Shown one piece after another: positions 21,576 to 32,199 of a stretch of DNA of 64,000 nt. Numbering within the stretch: the stretch's first letter is position 1; each line of letters begins with the position of its first letter. The notes below the pieces were generated by a model that was given only the letters and a program-made list of their open reading frames with translations, was not told the origin of the DNA and made no database searches. The stretch covers positions 1 to 64,000 of the forward strand of contig JANNVQ010000014.1 of NCBI GenBank assembly GCA_031414535.1. The letters run 5' to 3'. Both the position numbers and the translations under genes were made by a program. This DNA comes from Gemmatimonas sp. (GTDB lineage Bacteria; Gemmatimonadota; Gemmatimonadetes; Gemmatimonadales; Gemmatimonadaceae).

Positions 21576-22146
21576 TCTTTTGGCGCCGCAATTCAGCAGA
21601 TCGCGCAGTCCGTCACCATCGACATCCGCCACGACCGGCGCGGAGTGAAACTCCCCGCGCCTCGACAGCACCCCGCTTGAACGGAAGGCCGGCGCCATCG
21701 CGCTGCAGGTGTTTTCACACCATGCCATCACTGCGGTTCGGGTGGTTATAGGAGCAAAGCGCCCGTACGCGGTCGCGGAAGCCGAATCCGGCACCGACCG
21801 CGCGCGCAACCACTACCAGTGGAAGTCCACATGGATAACACGACGACGATCGCGGTGACATCTATATGAGTTCGCCAGCTATGATGTCTATTGACGACTC
21901 CGACGATACGAGCAGCAGGGAGTCGGGAGGTACGCGCCACGTGGTGTGAATGCGCGTGGTGACCACCGTTGGTGCGCGGAGCGCCACCAAGGGACGGCAT
22001 CGATTCATTACGCGCTTAGACCACATTCAGTGGAATAGAGCGTTCTTCGGAACGCCGAGCCCGAAACTCGGCGCATCAATGTAGATTACCGTTTACGCGC
22101 GGAAGAGCGATCCAGTGCGCGACGACGATCATCCTTTCCCTTGCTG

Positions 22147-22911
22147 ATGAGCGCTACGTCCCCATCCCACAAAGTCCGAATCCGTGAGATTGTCGATCCC
22201 CGTGATCCGGCGATAACCTCGGCGTACCAGCTTCTTTGCAAAACATTTGCGCGTGGAGAGCGCGTGGATCGTCGCGAGTGGGTGGGCAGTCTGCGCGAGG
22301 CTACCCACGGAGTACTTACGGATTTGGCGTGGCACCTCATAATCGCTGAAGATGCACGTGGTGAGGTGGTCGGCCTCGTGTCGGGTAGCTACGTCGGCAA
22401 CACGAATGTGGGCGTCATTGGCTATCTCGCGATTACTGCTGACCAGCGCTCGCGAGGACTCGGATCGCGTTTGCGCGGCCGGCTTCGTCGTGCCTTCAGC
22501 CGCGATGCCTTGCGCGTTGCATCAAAGCCCCTGGCGGCGATCATTGGCGAGGTGTCGGAGTCCAACCGCTGGCTCCGGACACTCAATGCCCGCGACGAGG
22601 TGCTGGTGCTTGATCTCCCATACTACCAGCCCAGTCTGCGCGAGGATGACGAACCCTCACCCTTTCGGCTCTACTACGAATCAATGGGTGCGCCGGTGAA
22701 GCGACTCAGTGCCGCGACACTCCGGCAGATATTGTACAGCATTTGGCGACGCGTCTACCGCATTCCGCGGCCGCTGGACCGTCCTGCGTTTCGCTTGATG
22801 ATGACCGCGCTTGAAGGGCGCCGCACGATTGGTGCGCTCAAGGCGACTGCTGCACCTACTTCGCCGCGTCCCCGCGCGCGCGTTCCACGCTCCACTCGGA
22901 AGCCCACATGA
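22147..22911 (+). CDS. GNAT-family acetyltransferase
   Basis: GYLAITADQRSRGLGSRL acetyl-CoA-binding motif A. Confidence 0.8.
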   Translation: MSATSPSHKVRIREIVDPRDPAITSAYQLLCKTFARGERVDRREWVGSLREATHGVLTDLAWHLIIAEDARGEVVGLVSGSYVGNTNVGVIGYLAITADQRSRGLGSRLRGRLRRAFSRDALRVASKPLAAIIGEVSESNRWLRTLNARDEVLVLDLPYYQPSLREDDEPSPFRLYYESMGAPVKRLSAATLRQILYSIWRRVYRIPRPLDRPAFRLMMTALEGRRTIGALKATAAPTSPRPRARVPRSTRKPT

Positions 22912-23735
22912 TTATTGATTGCCACGTGCATCTCAACAACTATCACGAGCAGGTCGCGGTCTCCCTCGACCAGAGTCTCGAGAAGTTGCAGGGCGCAATG
23001 CAGGAGTCGGGCGTGGATTACGCGCTGGTCCTCACGAGTTACATCGTGAATCCGAATCGCCCAAGCACTGCAGCCGTGGTGGAGGCCATTGCGAAAATCC
23101 CCAATCTTGGCGTTGTGGCGGGCATCAGCTATGAAAACTATCGACAGCGCGATTTGCGCGAACTCGCCGACTTTCTCGAGAATGGGCTAGTGAAAGGGCT
23201 CAAACTGTACCCGGGGTATGAGCCCTTCTTTCCGCACGACAAGCGCCTCAAAGTCGTCTACGATCTCGCCGAGGAGTTCGATGTGCCGGTGATGATCCAT
23301 TCTGGCGACACCTACTCCGCGAAGGGCAAGCTCAAGTACTCGCATCCACTGGAGATAGACGAGGTGGCCGTCGACCACCCCAACGTGAAGTTCGTCATTT
23401 GCCACCTTGGGAATCCGTGGCTTACGGACTGTATGGAGGTCGTGTACAAGAATGCCAATGTGCACGCTGATATTTCTGGGCTCGTGCTGGGAGAGTTCAC
23501 GGAGGCGTTTGAGGACTATATGGCGGACGAGATTCGCGACGCGATTCTCTACGCGGGCGACCCAAAGTTCTTTCTCTTTGGTACCGACTGGCCTATTTGC
23601 TCGATGAAGTCGTACGTAAAGTTTGTGAAGCAGCTAGGCCTGAGCGCGCCGGCGTACCACGCGATGATGTACGAGAATTCTCGGCGGCTCTTCAAGCTTC
23701 CGCTCCCCGAGCTTCCCGTCCCTGCGAGTGCGTGA
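22908..23735 (+). CDS. Amidohydrolase_2-family metallohydrolase
   Basis: IDCHVH, GLKLYPGY, IHSGD, CHLGNP, FGTDWP; ATGA overlap with the GNAT gene. Confidence 0.9.
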   Translation: MIIDCHVHLNNYHEQVAVSLDQSLEKLQGAMQESGVDYALVLTSYIVNPNRPSTAAVVEAIAKIPNLGVVAGISYENYRQRDLRELADFLENGLVKGLKLYPGYEPFFPHDKRLKVVYDLAEEFDVPVMIHSGDTYSAKGKLKYSHPLEIDEVAVDHPNVKFVICHLGNPWLTDCMEVVYKNANVHADISGLVLGEFTEAFEDYMADEIRDAILYAGDPKFFLFGTDWPICSMKSYVKFVKQLGLSAPAYHAMMYENSRRLFKLPLPELPVPASA

Positions 23736-23763
23736 CGTGCGAAGTGAATGCGGGGTTATGCGC

Positions 23764-24258
23764 TCACCAGATCGCCGAGGTGACGACAACCACCACCACG
23801 ACGACGCCTACCCCCACCTTCACCCCCGTCGCGACGACGCGCCCGATAAGCGCACCCCACGCGACCCGTCCGGCGCGGTCGTGTTCACCATGTTTCGTAT
23901 ACTCGAGTGCGAGCGCGCCGAGGAAGGCGCCAGCAAACGATCCGATAATCGACCCAATCACTGGGATCGGTACGCCGACAATCGCCCCCGCAATCCCGCC
24001 AATGAGCGCGCCCCAACCGGCGCGCCGCGAGCCGCCGTACTTCGTGGTATAGCGCGAGGCGAGGCCCCACTCGAGCAACTCCGCGATGAGCGCGAGCACC
24101 ACGCCGGCGACGATCGCGCCAGACGAGATGCTCGCGGACGGGTCGAACGACTTCCACAGGCCCGCACCGACGATGAAGGCCCAGGTACCGGGGAGGCCGA
24201 CGGCCGTCAGCGGCAGACTCAGCAGCCCGCCGAGAAGCAGCAGTGCGATGGGGAGCAT
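23764..24258 (-). CDS. DUF456-family membrane protein
   Basis: GLPGTW, KYGGSRRAGWGALIGG, GAFLGA. Confidence 0.85.
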   Translation of the reverse strand: MLPIALLLLGGLLSLPLTAVGLPGTWAFIVGAGLWKSFDPSASISSGAIVAGVVLALIAELLEWGLASRYTTKYGGSRRAGWGALIGGIAGAIVGVPIPVIGSIIGSFAGAFLGALALEYTKHGEHDRAGRVAWGALIGRVVATGVKVGVGVVVVVVVVTSAIW

Positions 24259-24320
24259 CAACGTACGATGTGAGGGCGAATTGGGGGAAAGCACCCCATC
24301 GTCGAACGAACTCGAGGACA

Positions 24321-24745
24321 GAGGGTTGATCTGCGTGACGCGTCCTTGTGCGTCAGTTGCAACGACAGCGTCACCAATGGAGTGCAGCGCGTGATGGAGA
24401 GCCGTGTCGCGCTAAATCTCTGCCGCCTCCTGACTTAATGTTGGTGCACGCTGCAAGGCAATGGTGCTGTGAATGTGCGCCAGCCTCGCGCTCATCATTG
24501 GCGCAAACGCGGCAAGGCGCTTCTGAGCTTCGGGCATTTGCTCAGGGCGCGAAGTGCCACGAGACCAGAGCCGAGCGTGCCACGCACAGCGAGGTTGGGC
24601 TGGAGGAACTGCTCCTCCCCGGTAATCACGAAACCACGCACGCCGTTCTCGGCGCCCTCTACATTCGGCCCCCCGGCAAACTCGGCGCGGGCGGAGGTGG
24701 GTGGCTCGCCGAGAAGCTCGCGGAATGTGTGGCGATGAGCCAATT
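24321..24745 (-). pseudogene. Degraded CHASE3-PAS sensor gene
   Basis: Ordered fragments across frames: AENGVRGFVITGEEQFLQP, ARLAHIHSTIALQR, RLSIT/LHSIGDAVVATDAQGRVTQINP. Confidence 0.7.
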
Positions 24746-24844
24746 TCCCCGAGTGACTTGCATCCGGGTCGTATCACGCGCCGCGGTGAGCTCCCGGTGC
24801 ACGAAGCAGAGCGACGCCTTGAAACTGGAGTGGAAATAGCGCCC

Positions 24845-25702
24845 ATGCTCCCAAACCAACAGACCGTCCAACTGCTCGCGGTAACCGGGATCTTCCTCGC
24901 CTTCGGTATCGCCGAGGTGATCATCGGGAAGTTCTTCGCCAAGGAGGCGGGGACCGAGGACAACCGCCTCGACGTGGCGGTGGGGCTGATGTTTCCGGTG
25001 GTCTCAGGCAGCGTGTTCGCCAGCGCCGGCGCGCTCTGCGCCTGGTTCATTCCGGAAGCACGCGGCGCTTGGGCCGATTGGCCACTGTGGGCGATGGTTG
25101 CCACGCTGCTCGTAGCCGACGACCTCACCCAGTATTGGTGGCATCGCCTCTCGCACACCTCGGCGATGTGGCCCCTGCACCGCGCGCATCACTCGGCGCA
25201 GTATATGAGTGTGCGTGTAGTGTACCGCAACAATCTGTTTTACTACGCGATGATGCCCGGCCTGTGGTTTGGCGGCGCGTTGCTATACTTGGGCTTCGGA
25301 TGGACCTTCGTGTGGTACAGCGTGGTGAAGTTGCTGGTAATCATCGGCGCACACTCGGCCGTGCGCTGGGATCAGTGGCTGTATCGGTACCGCGTGTTGC
25401 ATCCTCTGGCTTGGCTTCTTGAACGAACAATCTCCACACCGGCTACGCACTACGCACACCACGCAATGACGCAGGACGATGGGATCGGGCTCTATGAAGG
25501 GAACTACGGAAACCTGCTCTTCCTGTGGGACATGATCTTTGGCACCGCGCGTATCACGCGAAAGTACCCACCGGCGTTCGGGCTCAAGGACGACCGCCGG
25601 CACGGGCAGGAGCGCTGGTATCACCAGTTGCTCTTTCCGTTGGTGCGCTCGCGGCGAGCGGAGACGGTGCTGGGGAATGAGAAGCACCTGCCAGTGGACT
25701 GA
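24845..25702 (+). CDS. Sterol desaturase/fatty-acid hydroxylase family protein
   Basis: His boxes YWWHRLSH, HRAHH, GAHS, HYAHH; GNYG. Confidence 0.9.
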   Translation: MLPNQQTVQLLAVTGIFLAFGIAEVIIGKFFAKEAGTEDNRLDVAVGLMFPVVSGSVFASAGALCAWFIPEARGAWADWPLWAMVATLLVADDLTQYWWHRLSHTSAMWPLHRAHHSAQYMSVRVVYRNNLFYYAMMPGLWFGGALLYLGFGWTFVWYSVVKLLVIIGAHSAVRWDQWLYRYRVLHPLAWLLERTISTPATHYAHHAMTQDDGIGLYEGNYGNLLFLWDMIFGTARITRKYPPAFGLKDDRRHGQERWYHQLLFPLVRSRRAETVLGNEKHLPVD

Positions 25703-25730
25703 AGCCTTCAACTCAACGAGGGAGTATCCG

Positions 25731-26315
25731 ATGGTGAAACGCCAGTGGAAGCCAATTCTCGGGCTACTCGTGGGCGTCGCGCTCTTGGGCCGCGCTTGGT
25801 CAATCAACCGCGAGATTGGATGGCTGCCGCTCAGCATACCGTCGGCATCGCTCCTCCTACGACCACTCGATACAAGTGTCGTGCTGCCCGGAAGCGGTCG
25901 CTATCAACTCGTGCATGATTTCGCGATTCCGCCGGGAGATGTTCGTGGCCCGCTGTTTGCGGCCGGACCGTTCGTGGAATTCGACGGAGCAATCGCGGGA
26001 AGACGTTGGGCGACGAGCGATTCCGATTTCACAGGCAGCTACGGTTCTGGGGATACGTCGGCAGGGTTCTTCCTCGGATCGGCGGCAGCGATGCGCGGCG
26101 ACACGCTCCGACTGACGATCCGCGCGTCGGAGGCACTCGAGGAATGGGTGACGTACGCGCCCAAGCTCGAAGTGCGTCGAGACTACCGGGATACGATGTA
26201 CGCACCGCTGGAGCGAGATCTCGCTGGGCTGGCGGGGTTGGTTGCAATCGCGTTAAGTGCGTTCGCGTACTGGCGAGGCCAGCGTCGCTCGGCGCATCGT
26301 GAGGAGAGTAAGTGA
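25731..26315 (+). CDS. Hypothetical membrane protein (two TM helices flanking a soluble domain)
   Basis: GAGGGAG RBS; N- and C-terminal hydrophobic helices; overlaps the next start. Confidence 0.65.
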   Translation: MVKRQWKPILGLLVGVALLGRAWSINREIGWLPLSIPSASLLLRPLDTSVVLPGSGRYQLVHDFAIPPGDVRGPLFAAGPFVEFDGAIAGRRWATSDSDFTGSYGSGDTSAGFFLGSAAAMRGDTLRLTIRASEALEEWVTYAPKLEVRRDYRDTMYAPLERDLAGLAGLVAIALSAFAYWRGQRRSAHREESK

Positions 26316-27562
26316 ACGGGGAGCGAGCGGTAGCCACGCTGCTGCTCATCGGCATCACGGCCTGCGCGCGCGAGACCCGCGACGCTGTATATCCGCACGA
26401 GCAAGAGCCAATCGGAACGGTGCGTGAGAGTTACGATGGTACGCTCAGCGACTCGCTCGCCGTCCACACCTTTCGCAACATCCATCGGCTCTTCCCCACC
26501 CGAGTCGTCCGGCCAGCGGAGGTGCCGCGCGCGCTCCCGCTTTCCGCACGCCGCATCGATGACCTGACCTTCAGCGACCGCGACTCCACCTACGACCTCA
26601 ATCGCTACCTCGCACTCAATAAGGTGAGCGGCCTGCTGGTGCTGCACGAAGGAGCGATTGCGCTTGAGCGGTATCGCTTGGGGAATGGCCCGCGCACGCG
26701 ATGGATGAGCATGTCTATCGCGAAGTCCATCAGTTCAACACTCGTTGGCGCGGCGTTGGAGGACGGGCTCATCCGCTCGCTCGATGATTCGGTGACGCGC
26801 TACGTGCCGTCACTCGTTGGCAGCGCTTACGAGGGCGTGACGCTACGCGATGTATTGATGATGAGTTCGGGCGTGACATGGAACGAGCGCTATACCGATT
26901 CCACGAGTGATCGCCGACGTTTGCTCGAAGCGCAGATCTCGCAGGTCCCAGGCTCAGCGCTCGACATAATGCGTTCGCTACCCCGCGCTGCGCCGCCCGG
27001 CACCGTGCACAACTACAGCACTGGTGAAACGCAGGTACTCGCTGAGGTGCTGCGGAGTGCGGTGGGGCGTCCACTTGCAGAGTATCTCTCCGAGCGCATC
27101 TGGCGGCCGGCGGGGATGGAAGCGGAGGCGCTGTGGTGGCTCGATTCGCCGGATGGCACCGAGATTGGGGGCAGCGGCATCAGCGCTACGTTGCGCGACT
27201 ATGGCCGCTTGGGGCAGTTCGTGCTCGAGGAAGGGATGGTGAACGGCGTTACGGTCCTGCAACCGGGCTGGATCAGGGAAGCCAGCGCACCCACGAGGCT
27301 GCGTGACGGTCGTGTTCTCGACTACGGCTATATGTGGTGGACCCCAACGCATCCCGATGCGCAACGCGACAGGGCGTTTACCGCGCAGGGAATCCATGGT
27401 CAGTACGTCTACGTGAATCCCGTGGCGCGGGTGGTGATTGTGGTGTGGTCAGCGCAGCCGCATCCGACGAGTGGAGCCGTGGTGGACGACGATGCGTTCT
27501 TTGCGGCGGTCGTTGCCGCGCTTAGTGGGACACGCGCAACGAATAGCGCAGCGCGACGCTAG
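26312..27562 (+). CDS. Serine hydrolase lipoprotein (NylB/class C beta-lactamase-like)
   Basis: Lipobox ITAC; SMSIAKS, NYSTGET, YGYMWW. Confidence 0.88.
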   Translation: MNGERAVATLLLIGITACARETRDAVYPHEQEPIGTVRESYDGTLSDSLAVHTFRNIHRLFPTRVVRPAEVPRALPLSARRIDDLTFSDRDSTYDLNRYLALNKVSGLLVLHEGAIALERYRLGNGPRTRWMSMSIAKSISSTLVGAALEDGLIRSLDDSVTRYVPSLVGSAYEGVTLRDVLMMSSGVTWNERYTDSTSDRRRLLEAQISQVPGSALDIMRSLPRAAPPGTVHNYSTGETQVLAEVLRSAVGRPLAEYLSERIWRPAGMEAEALWWLDSPDGTEIGGSGISATLRDYGRLGQFVLEEGMVNGVTVLQPGWIREASAPTRLRDGRVLDYGYMWWTPTHPDAQRDRAFTAQGIHGQYVYVNPVARVVIVVWSAQPHPTSGAVVDDDAFFAAVVAALSGTRATNSAARR

Positions 27563-29574
27563 CCGGCAGGTGGCATCACGCCCGCGTCCAACAAAGAGCG
27601 CACTGCGGCGGTGAGCTGAGCAGCCGTATACGGCTTGCTGAGGAGATGCGACAAATTTCCATCCACACCCAGTCGGAGTACGGTGTCATCGGTGTATCCG
27701 GACACGAAGAGCGTGAGCACATCGGCCCGCCGCTCGCGTAGCGCGGCAACGAGCTGCGGACCGCTCATGCCTGGCATCACCACGTCGGTGAGGACGAGTG
27801 CAATATTCCGGTGCGCGGCCTCTTGGGCATCGAACATTGCCAACGCCTCCTTGCCACTTGCCGCACTGATAACACGGTACCCAGCCCGTTCCAAAATGCG
27901 GGCCGTCACACGGAGCAACGCCACTTCATCATCAACCACAAGAATGGTCTCGTGCCCGCCGTGCGGCGGCGCCTGCGCGACGACGGGAACCTGATCAGCC
28001 GTGTAAATCGGCGGGAGCAGGACTGTGAACTCACTCCCCTCGCCAGGCGCGCTCCGCACCTGCACGAAGCCATTGCCTTGCGTGACGACGCCAATGACCA
28101 TGGACAGGCCGAGTCCGGTACCTTCGCCGACCGCCTTGGACGTAAAGAATGGCTCGAAAATCCGACTCACCGCGTCGGGCGGTATCCCCTCGCCGGTATC
28201 GCGGATTACCAGCGCCGCGTACTGGCCCGCCGGAATCTCTCCCAGCGGCGACTGCATCGGTGTGTCGAAGCCGAGGACGCGCGTAGCAATCGTGAGCGTG
28301 CCACCACCTCGCATTGCATCGCGCGCATTGACTGCGAGATTCATCACCACTTGTGAAAGCTGCCCAGGATCTGCAAAGACCACTGGAGGCTCCACCGCAA
28401 GATCGAGCGCGATGTCAATGTGCTCGTCAATCAGGCGGCGCAGTAGTTGATGCATCTCGGTGACGAGCGCATTCAGATCAACGGCCTCAGAGTGCAGAAT
28501 TTGGCGACGACTGAATGCCAGGAGCTGCCGGGTGAGCAGCGCCGCCCGATTTGCTGCGGCCCCGATTTCCTCCAGATCTGCATGCAGCTGAGTAGAGGTA
28601 TCGGCCTCGGAGAGGGCGAACTCCGTTATTCCGGAGATGACGGTCAGCAAGTTGTTGAAGTCATGGGCAACGCCGCCGGCGAGCCGCCCGACGCTCTCCA
28701 TCTTCTGCGACTGCAGCATGAGAGCGTGGTTCCGCTTGTCGTCCGAGAGGTCGCGCTTGATTGCCACGAAGTGCGTGATGACGCCCGCGTCATCGGTGAG
28801 CGGCGTGATGGTCATCGCCTCGGCGTACAACTCTCCGCTCTTGCGACGGTTAGTGAGTTCGCCGCGCCAAATCTTGCCAGCGTTGATGGTCTCCCACATT
28901 GTCCGATAGAACAACGCATCGTGCGAGCCCGATCGGATCAACTCACGCGGGTTCCGGCCGAGGATCTCGTTTGGCTCGTATCCCGTGAGCGTGCAGAAGG
29001 CTTTGTTCGTCCAGCAAATCGCACCATTCCGGTCGGAGATCATGATGGGCTCGCCGGCGGCGTCGAGGGCGGCACTCCGAAGGCGGATGTTGAGGTCGGC
29101 CTCTCGGATCTCTGTGATGTCGTGCAGTACGACGCGCGCGGGTACTCCGTTTGAGCTGGGGGAACCATCGAGTCTGACAACGCGGTCTGCGGTCTCTCGG
29201 CGCTCGATTCGGATTTCGCAGGAGCCTGGCACATCCACTGTGAAGAGGCCGTGCAGCGTGTCGCTGAGCGCGGCTCGTCGGTCGTCGGCAATGAAGAGCC
29301 CAAGCGGCTGACCGAGAAGGGCAATACGGTCCTTCTCGAGCAGGACGGCCGCCGCGAGATTGCACGAGCGAATCGTCCCGTCGGCTTCGAGCGAGAGGTA
29401 GCCAATGGGGGCAAAATCGGAGAGGTCGGTATATCGCTCGAGCGCAGCCTCTAGCGCATTCCGCGTCTTGCGAAGCTCATCGTTCTGAAGCTCGAGCTCA
29501 ATCTGATGGACCTGCAACTCATGCACGAGCCGATTCGCGTCTTCCGACGAAAGCGGTCCGGTCGGCTTCCTCAC
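27559..29574 (-). CDS. Double-PAS hybrid histidine kinase/response regulator
   Basis: HELQVHQIELELQN coil, two PAS domains, AHDFNN, GEGTGLGL, receiver; overlaps the cheR-part stop. Confidence 0.92.
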   Translation of the reverse strand: MRKPTGPLSSEDANRLVHELQVHQIELELQNDELRKTRNALEAALERYTDLSDFAPIGYLSLEADGTIRSCNLAAAVLLEKDRIALLGQPLGLFIADDRRAALSDTLHGLFTVDVPGSCEIRIERRETADRVVRLDGSPSSNGVPARVVLHDITEIREADLNIRLRSAALDAAGEPIMISDRNGAICWTNKAFCTLTGYEPNEILGRNPRELIRSGSHDALFYRTMWETINAGKIWRGELTNRRKSGELYAEAMTITPLTDDAGVITHFVAIKRDLSDDKRNHALMLQSQKMESVGRLAGGVAHDFNNLLTVISGITEFALSEADTSTQLHADLEEIGAAANRAALLTRQLLAFSRRQILHSEAVDLNALVTEMHQLLRRLIDEHIDIALDLAVEPPVVFADPGQLSQVVMNLAVNARDAMRGGGTLTIATRVLGFDTPMQSPLGEIPAGQYAALVIRDTGEGIPPDAVSRIFEPFFTSKAVGEGTGLGLSMVIGVVTQGNGFVQVRSAPGEGSEFTVLLPPIYTADQVPVVAQAPPHGGHETILVVDDEVALLRVTARILERAGYRVISAASGKEALAMFDAQEAAHRNIALVLTDVVMPGMSGPQLVAALRERRADVLTLFVSGYTDDTVLRLGVDGNLSHLLSKPYTAAQLTAAVRSLLDAGVMPPAG

Positions 29575-32199
29575 AGCGTCGTCCCCTTCGGGGCCTGCTC
29601 GTCGTAGCTAACCACCACGCCGTCCACGGTCCCGGCAATCGTACGATACGGCATCATGCGAATCCGGAACTCTCGTCCGTCATTCGTCGGCACCTGCCGC
29701 GTCACACCCTCAAGGGTTTTGAGTACGGTGCGCGCGTCGTCGGTGAGATCCGGATAGAGTAGATCCGACACAATATCGGTGATTGGGCGACCGACGTCAC
29801 CGGGAATCAAACGGAGAATGCGCGTCGAACCCGCGGTGAAGAGCCGAATGCGGAGGTTCGCATCCAAGAAGACCGAGGTAATCTCAGAGTTAGCGAGGAG
29901 GTTGCGCATGTCGTTGTTGAGCCGCGTCATCTCCGCCATTTTCGCCTGGAGCTCGTGATTGATCGTCTGCAGTTCCTCGTTCATGGACTGCAATTCTTCT
30001 TTTGACGTCATCAGCTCTTCGTTCGTGGACTGCGCCTCTTCATTGATTGACTGGAGCTCCTCGTACGCCGAACTGGCCTCCTGCTGCGCGGCCCGCATCT
30101 CGCTCTGGAGCGCCACATTCTCATCGCGCACTTCCCGCAGCTCAAGTTGTACGCCGCGAAGCCGCAGCGCAGGCGCCGCAGGCTTGGATTTGGCACCACT
30201 CTTCGGCGCGGTAGCTCCCGACAGAGTCTGCTCTGTGAAGACAATCAGCAGGAGACCCCGCAGCCGCTCAGGCTCTTGTAGCGGGTTGACGCTGACATCG
30301 ATTAGGTGTGTCTGCCCCTCGACCCGTACTTCCACCTGCCGGCAGGCCACTGCGCGCCCCCGCTTGAGTGCGAGGGGAATTGCCGCGACGAGTTCGCTAC
30401 GCAGCCCGGTGCGCGCCATCGCGAAGACATTCCAGTTGGCACGTCCGCTTGGCGCCTCAAGAAAGCGGCTCGTGCGGCCGCTTACATACAGGATGTCACC
30501 TTGGGGGGGTAACAAGCACGGCGGGCGAGGTGTGGTGCTGGAGCAGCACCTGTTCGGCGACCGCCTGCAGTCCCGCGGTGGGTTGCGTACGGCCATGCTC
30601 TAGGCCGACGAATCGCGGAGATGTTCCCAAGCTCGAAGCCTGAACGGGCGCTCGCCCTTCGTTGGACTCAAGCCGGCGGTAAATGCGTGAGTTCCCCTTT
30701 TCAGGAGCGAACAGCGCCGGCGTGGCCACCGCGGTTTCTGCAGAACCGAGGAAGAGGAATCCACCTGGATTCAAGCTAAAATGGAAGGCCGGCAGCAGCG
30801 CCCCCTGCGACTTCGTGGTGAAATAGATCAGCAGATTCCGGCAACTTACGAGATCCATCTTCGTGAAGGGCGGATCTGACAACACATTTTGTGGCGCGAA
30901 CACGATAGACTCGCGGATCGCGCGCGCGATTCGATAGCCGCCTTCGACTGGCGCGAAGAAACGCGCGAGACGCTCTGGGGAAACGTTGCTGGCAATACTG
31001 GCGGGGAACTTGCCTGTGCGCGCGCGCTCGATTGCGCTTGCGTCGAGATCGGTCGCAAAGATGCTGACCTTATGCGCGGCGCTCGGCGAAACGTCATCAA
31101 AGGCCTCGCGGAAGAGAATCGCCAGCGAGTAGGCCTCCTCGCCCGTGGAGCAGCCGGGGACCCAGATGCGAATCGGATGTTCGGCCGAGTGCCTGCGCAG
31201 CAACTCGGGGATGACGATGCGACGGAGGTCCTCCCAGGCGGCGGGGTCTCGGAAGAAGCTCGTGACCCCAATGAGGAGTTCGCGGAACAGTAAGTCGAGC
31301 TCGGCTGGATTTTCGCGCGCCAATCGGCGGTAGGTCGAGAAACTGTCAATCTGGTGCACGGACATCCGTCGCTCGATGCGACGTTGCACCGTACTCATCT
31401 TGTAGAGCGAGAAGTCGTGGCCATTGTGCTGGCGCAACAGGACAATCAGCTTCGCCATCTCCTCGGCGGCCAGCGGCGCTGACGGGGACTCCTCGCCGCT
31501 TTGCGTGGATAGCTCCACGCGCGGTTCTAGGATTCGCGCGGGGAGGAGTTCGGCCGCCGCCACCACATCGGCGCAGCCCGCATCAATCACGCTCCGGGGC
31601 ATAGAGTCGTAGCGTGCCGTGTCAGGGTCCTGCACGAAGACGCGCCCTGACTCATTCCGGATGGCCTGCGCACCGAGTGTCCCATCTGCGCCCATGCCGG
31701 AGAGGAGCACCGCAATGCCGCGATTGCCGGATTCCTCAGCGAGTGAGACGAGAAAGGAGTCAATCGGGAGGCGCTTTGCCCGCGGGGCTGCGGGAAGCAG
31801 GTGCAGCGCTCCGAGCCGAATCTCCATCTCGCGGTTGGGCGGAATCACGTAGACGTGGTCGGTCTCCACGCGCATACGATCCTCGACTTGCACGACCGGC
31901 ATGGGAGTTACGGCCTGAAGCAACTCCACGAGCATGCCCTTCTTGGTCGGATCGAGATGTTGGACGATTACAAAGGCGAGCCCACTCGCGGCGGGGACGC
32001 CGCGCAGGAAAAGCTCAAGGGCCTCAAGTCCTCCGGCGGAGGCACCGATTCCGACTACGGACAGTGCCGTGGTCTCCCTCGTCGCCGTCGGCGCTGTGGT
32101 GGGCTTGGTCGCTTTGGTCGCCTTGGTCGCCTTGGTCGCTTTGGTCGCTTTGGTCGGCCGATCCGGTGCGACAACCTTCGCCTTCCGTGGGGTCGGCGT
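29571..32199 (-). pseudogene. CheB methylesterase-CheR methyltransferase-PAS fusion, frameshifted and without a canonical start
   Basis: GIGASAGGLEAL/VQHLDP/GMGADG (CheB), IGVTSFFRDP/GCSTGEEAYS/CRNLLIY (CheR), EELQS coils; frameshift in the G7 run at 30503-30509. Confidence 0.85.
32104..32157. repeat. 9-bp tandem repeat (YTTGGTCGC) x6 encoding Thr-Lys-Ala repeats on the minus strand
   Basis: cttggtcgc tttggtcgc cttggtcgc cttggtcgc tttggtcgc tttggtcgg. Confidence 0.95.

Noticed and set aside
22053..22073. CGCCGAG/CTCGGCG hairpin as a terminator
   Set aside because: Short stem, no U-tract, and not directly after a supported gene
32104..32157. Tandem repeat as a CRISPR array
   Set aside because: 9-bp units with no spacers and no cas genes; it lies in a coding frame
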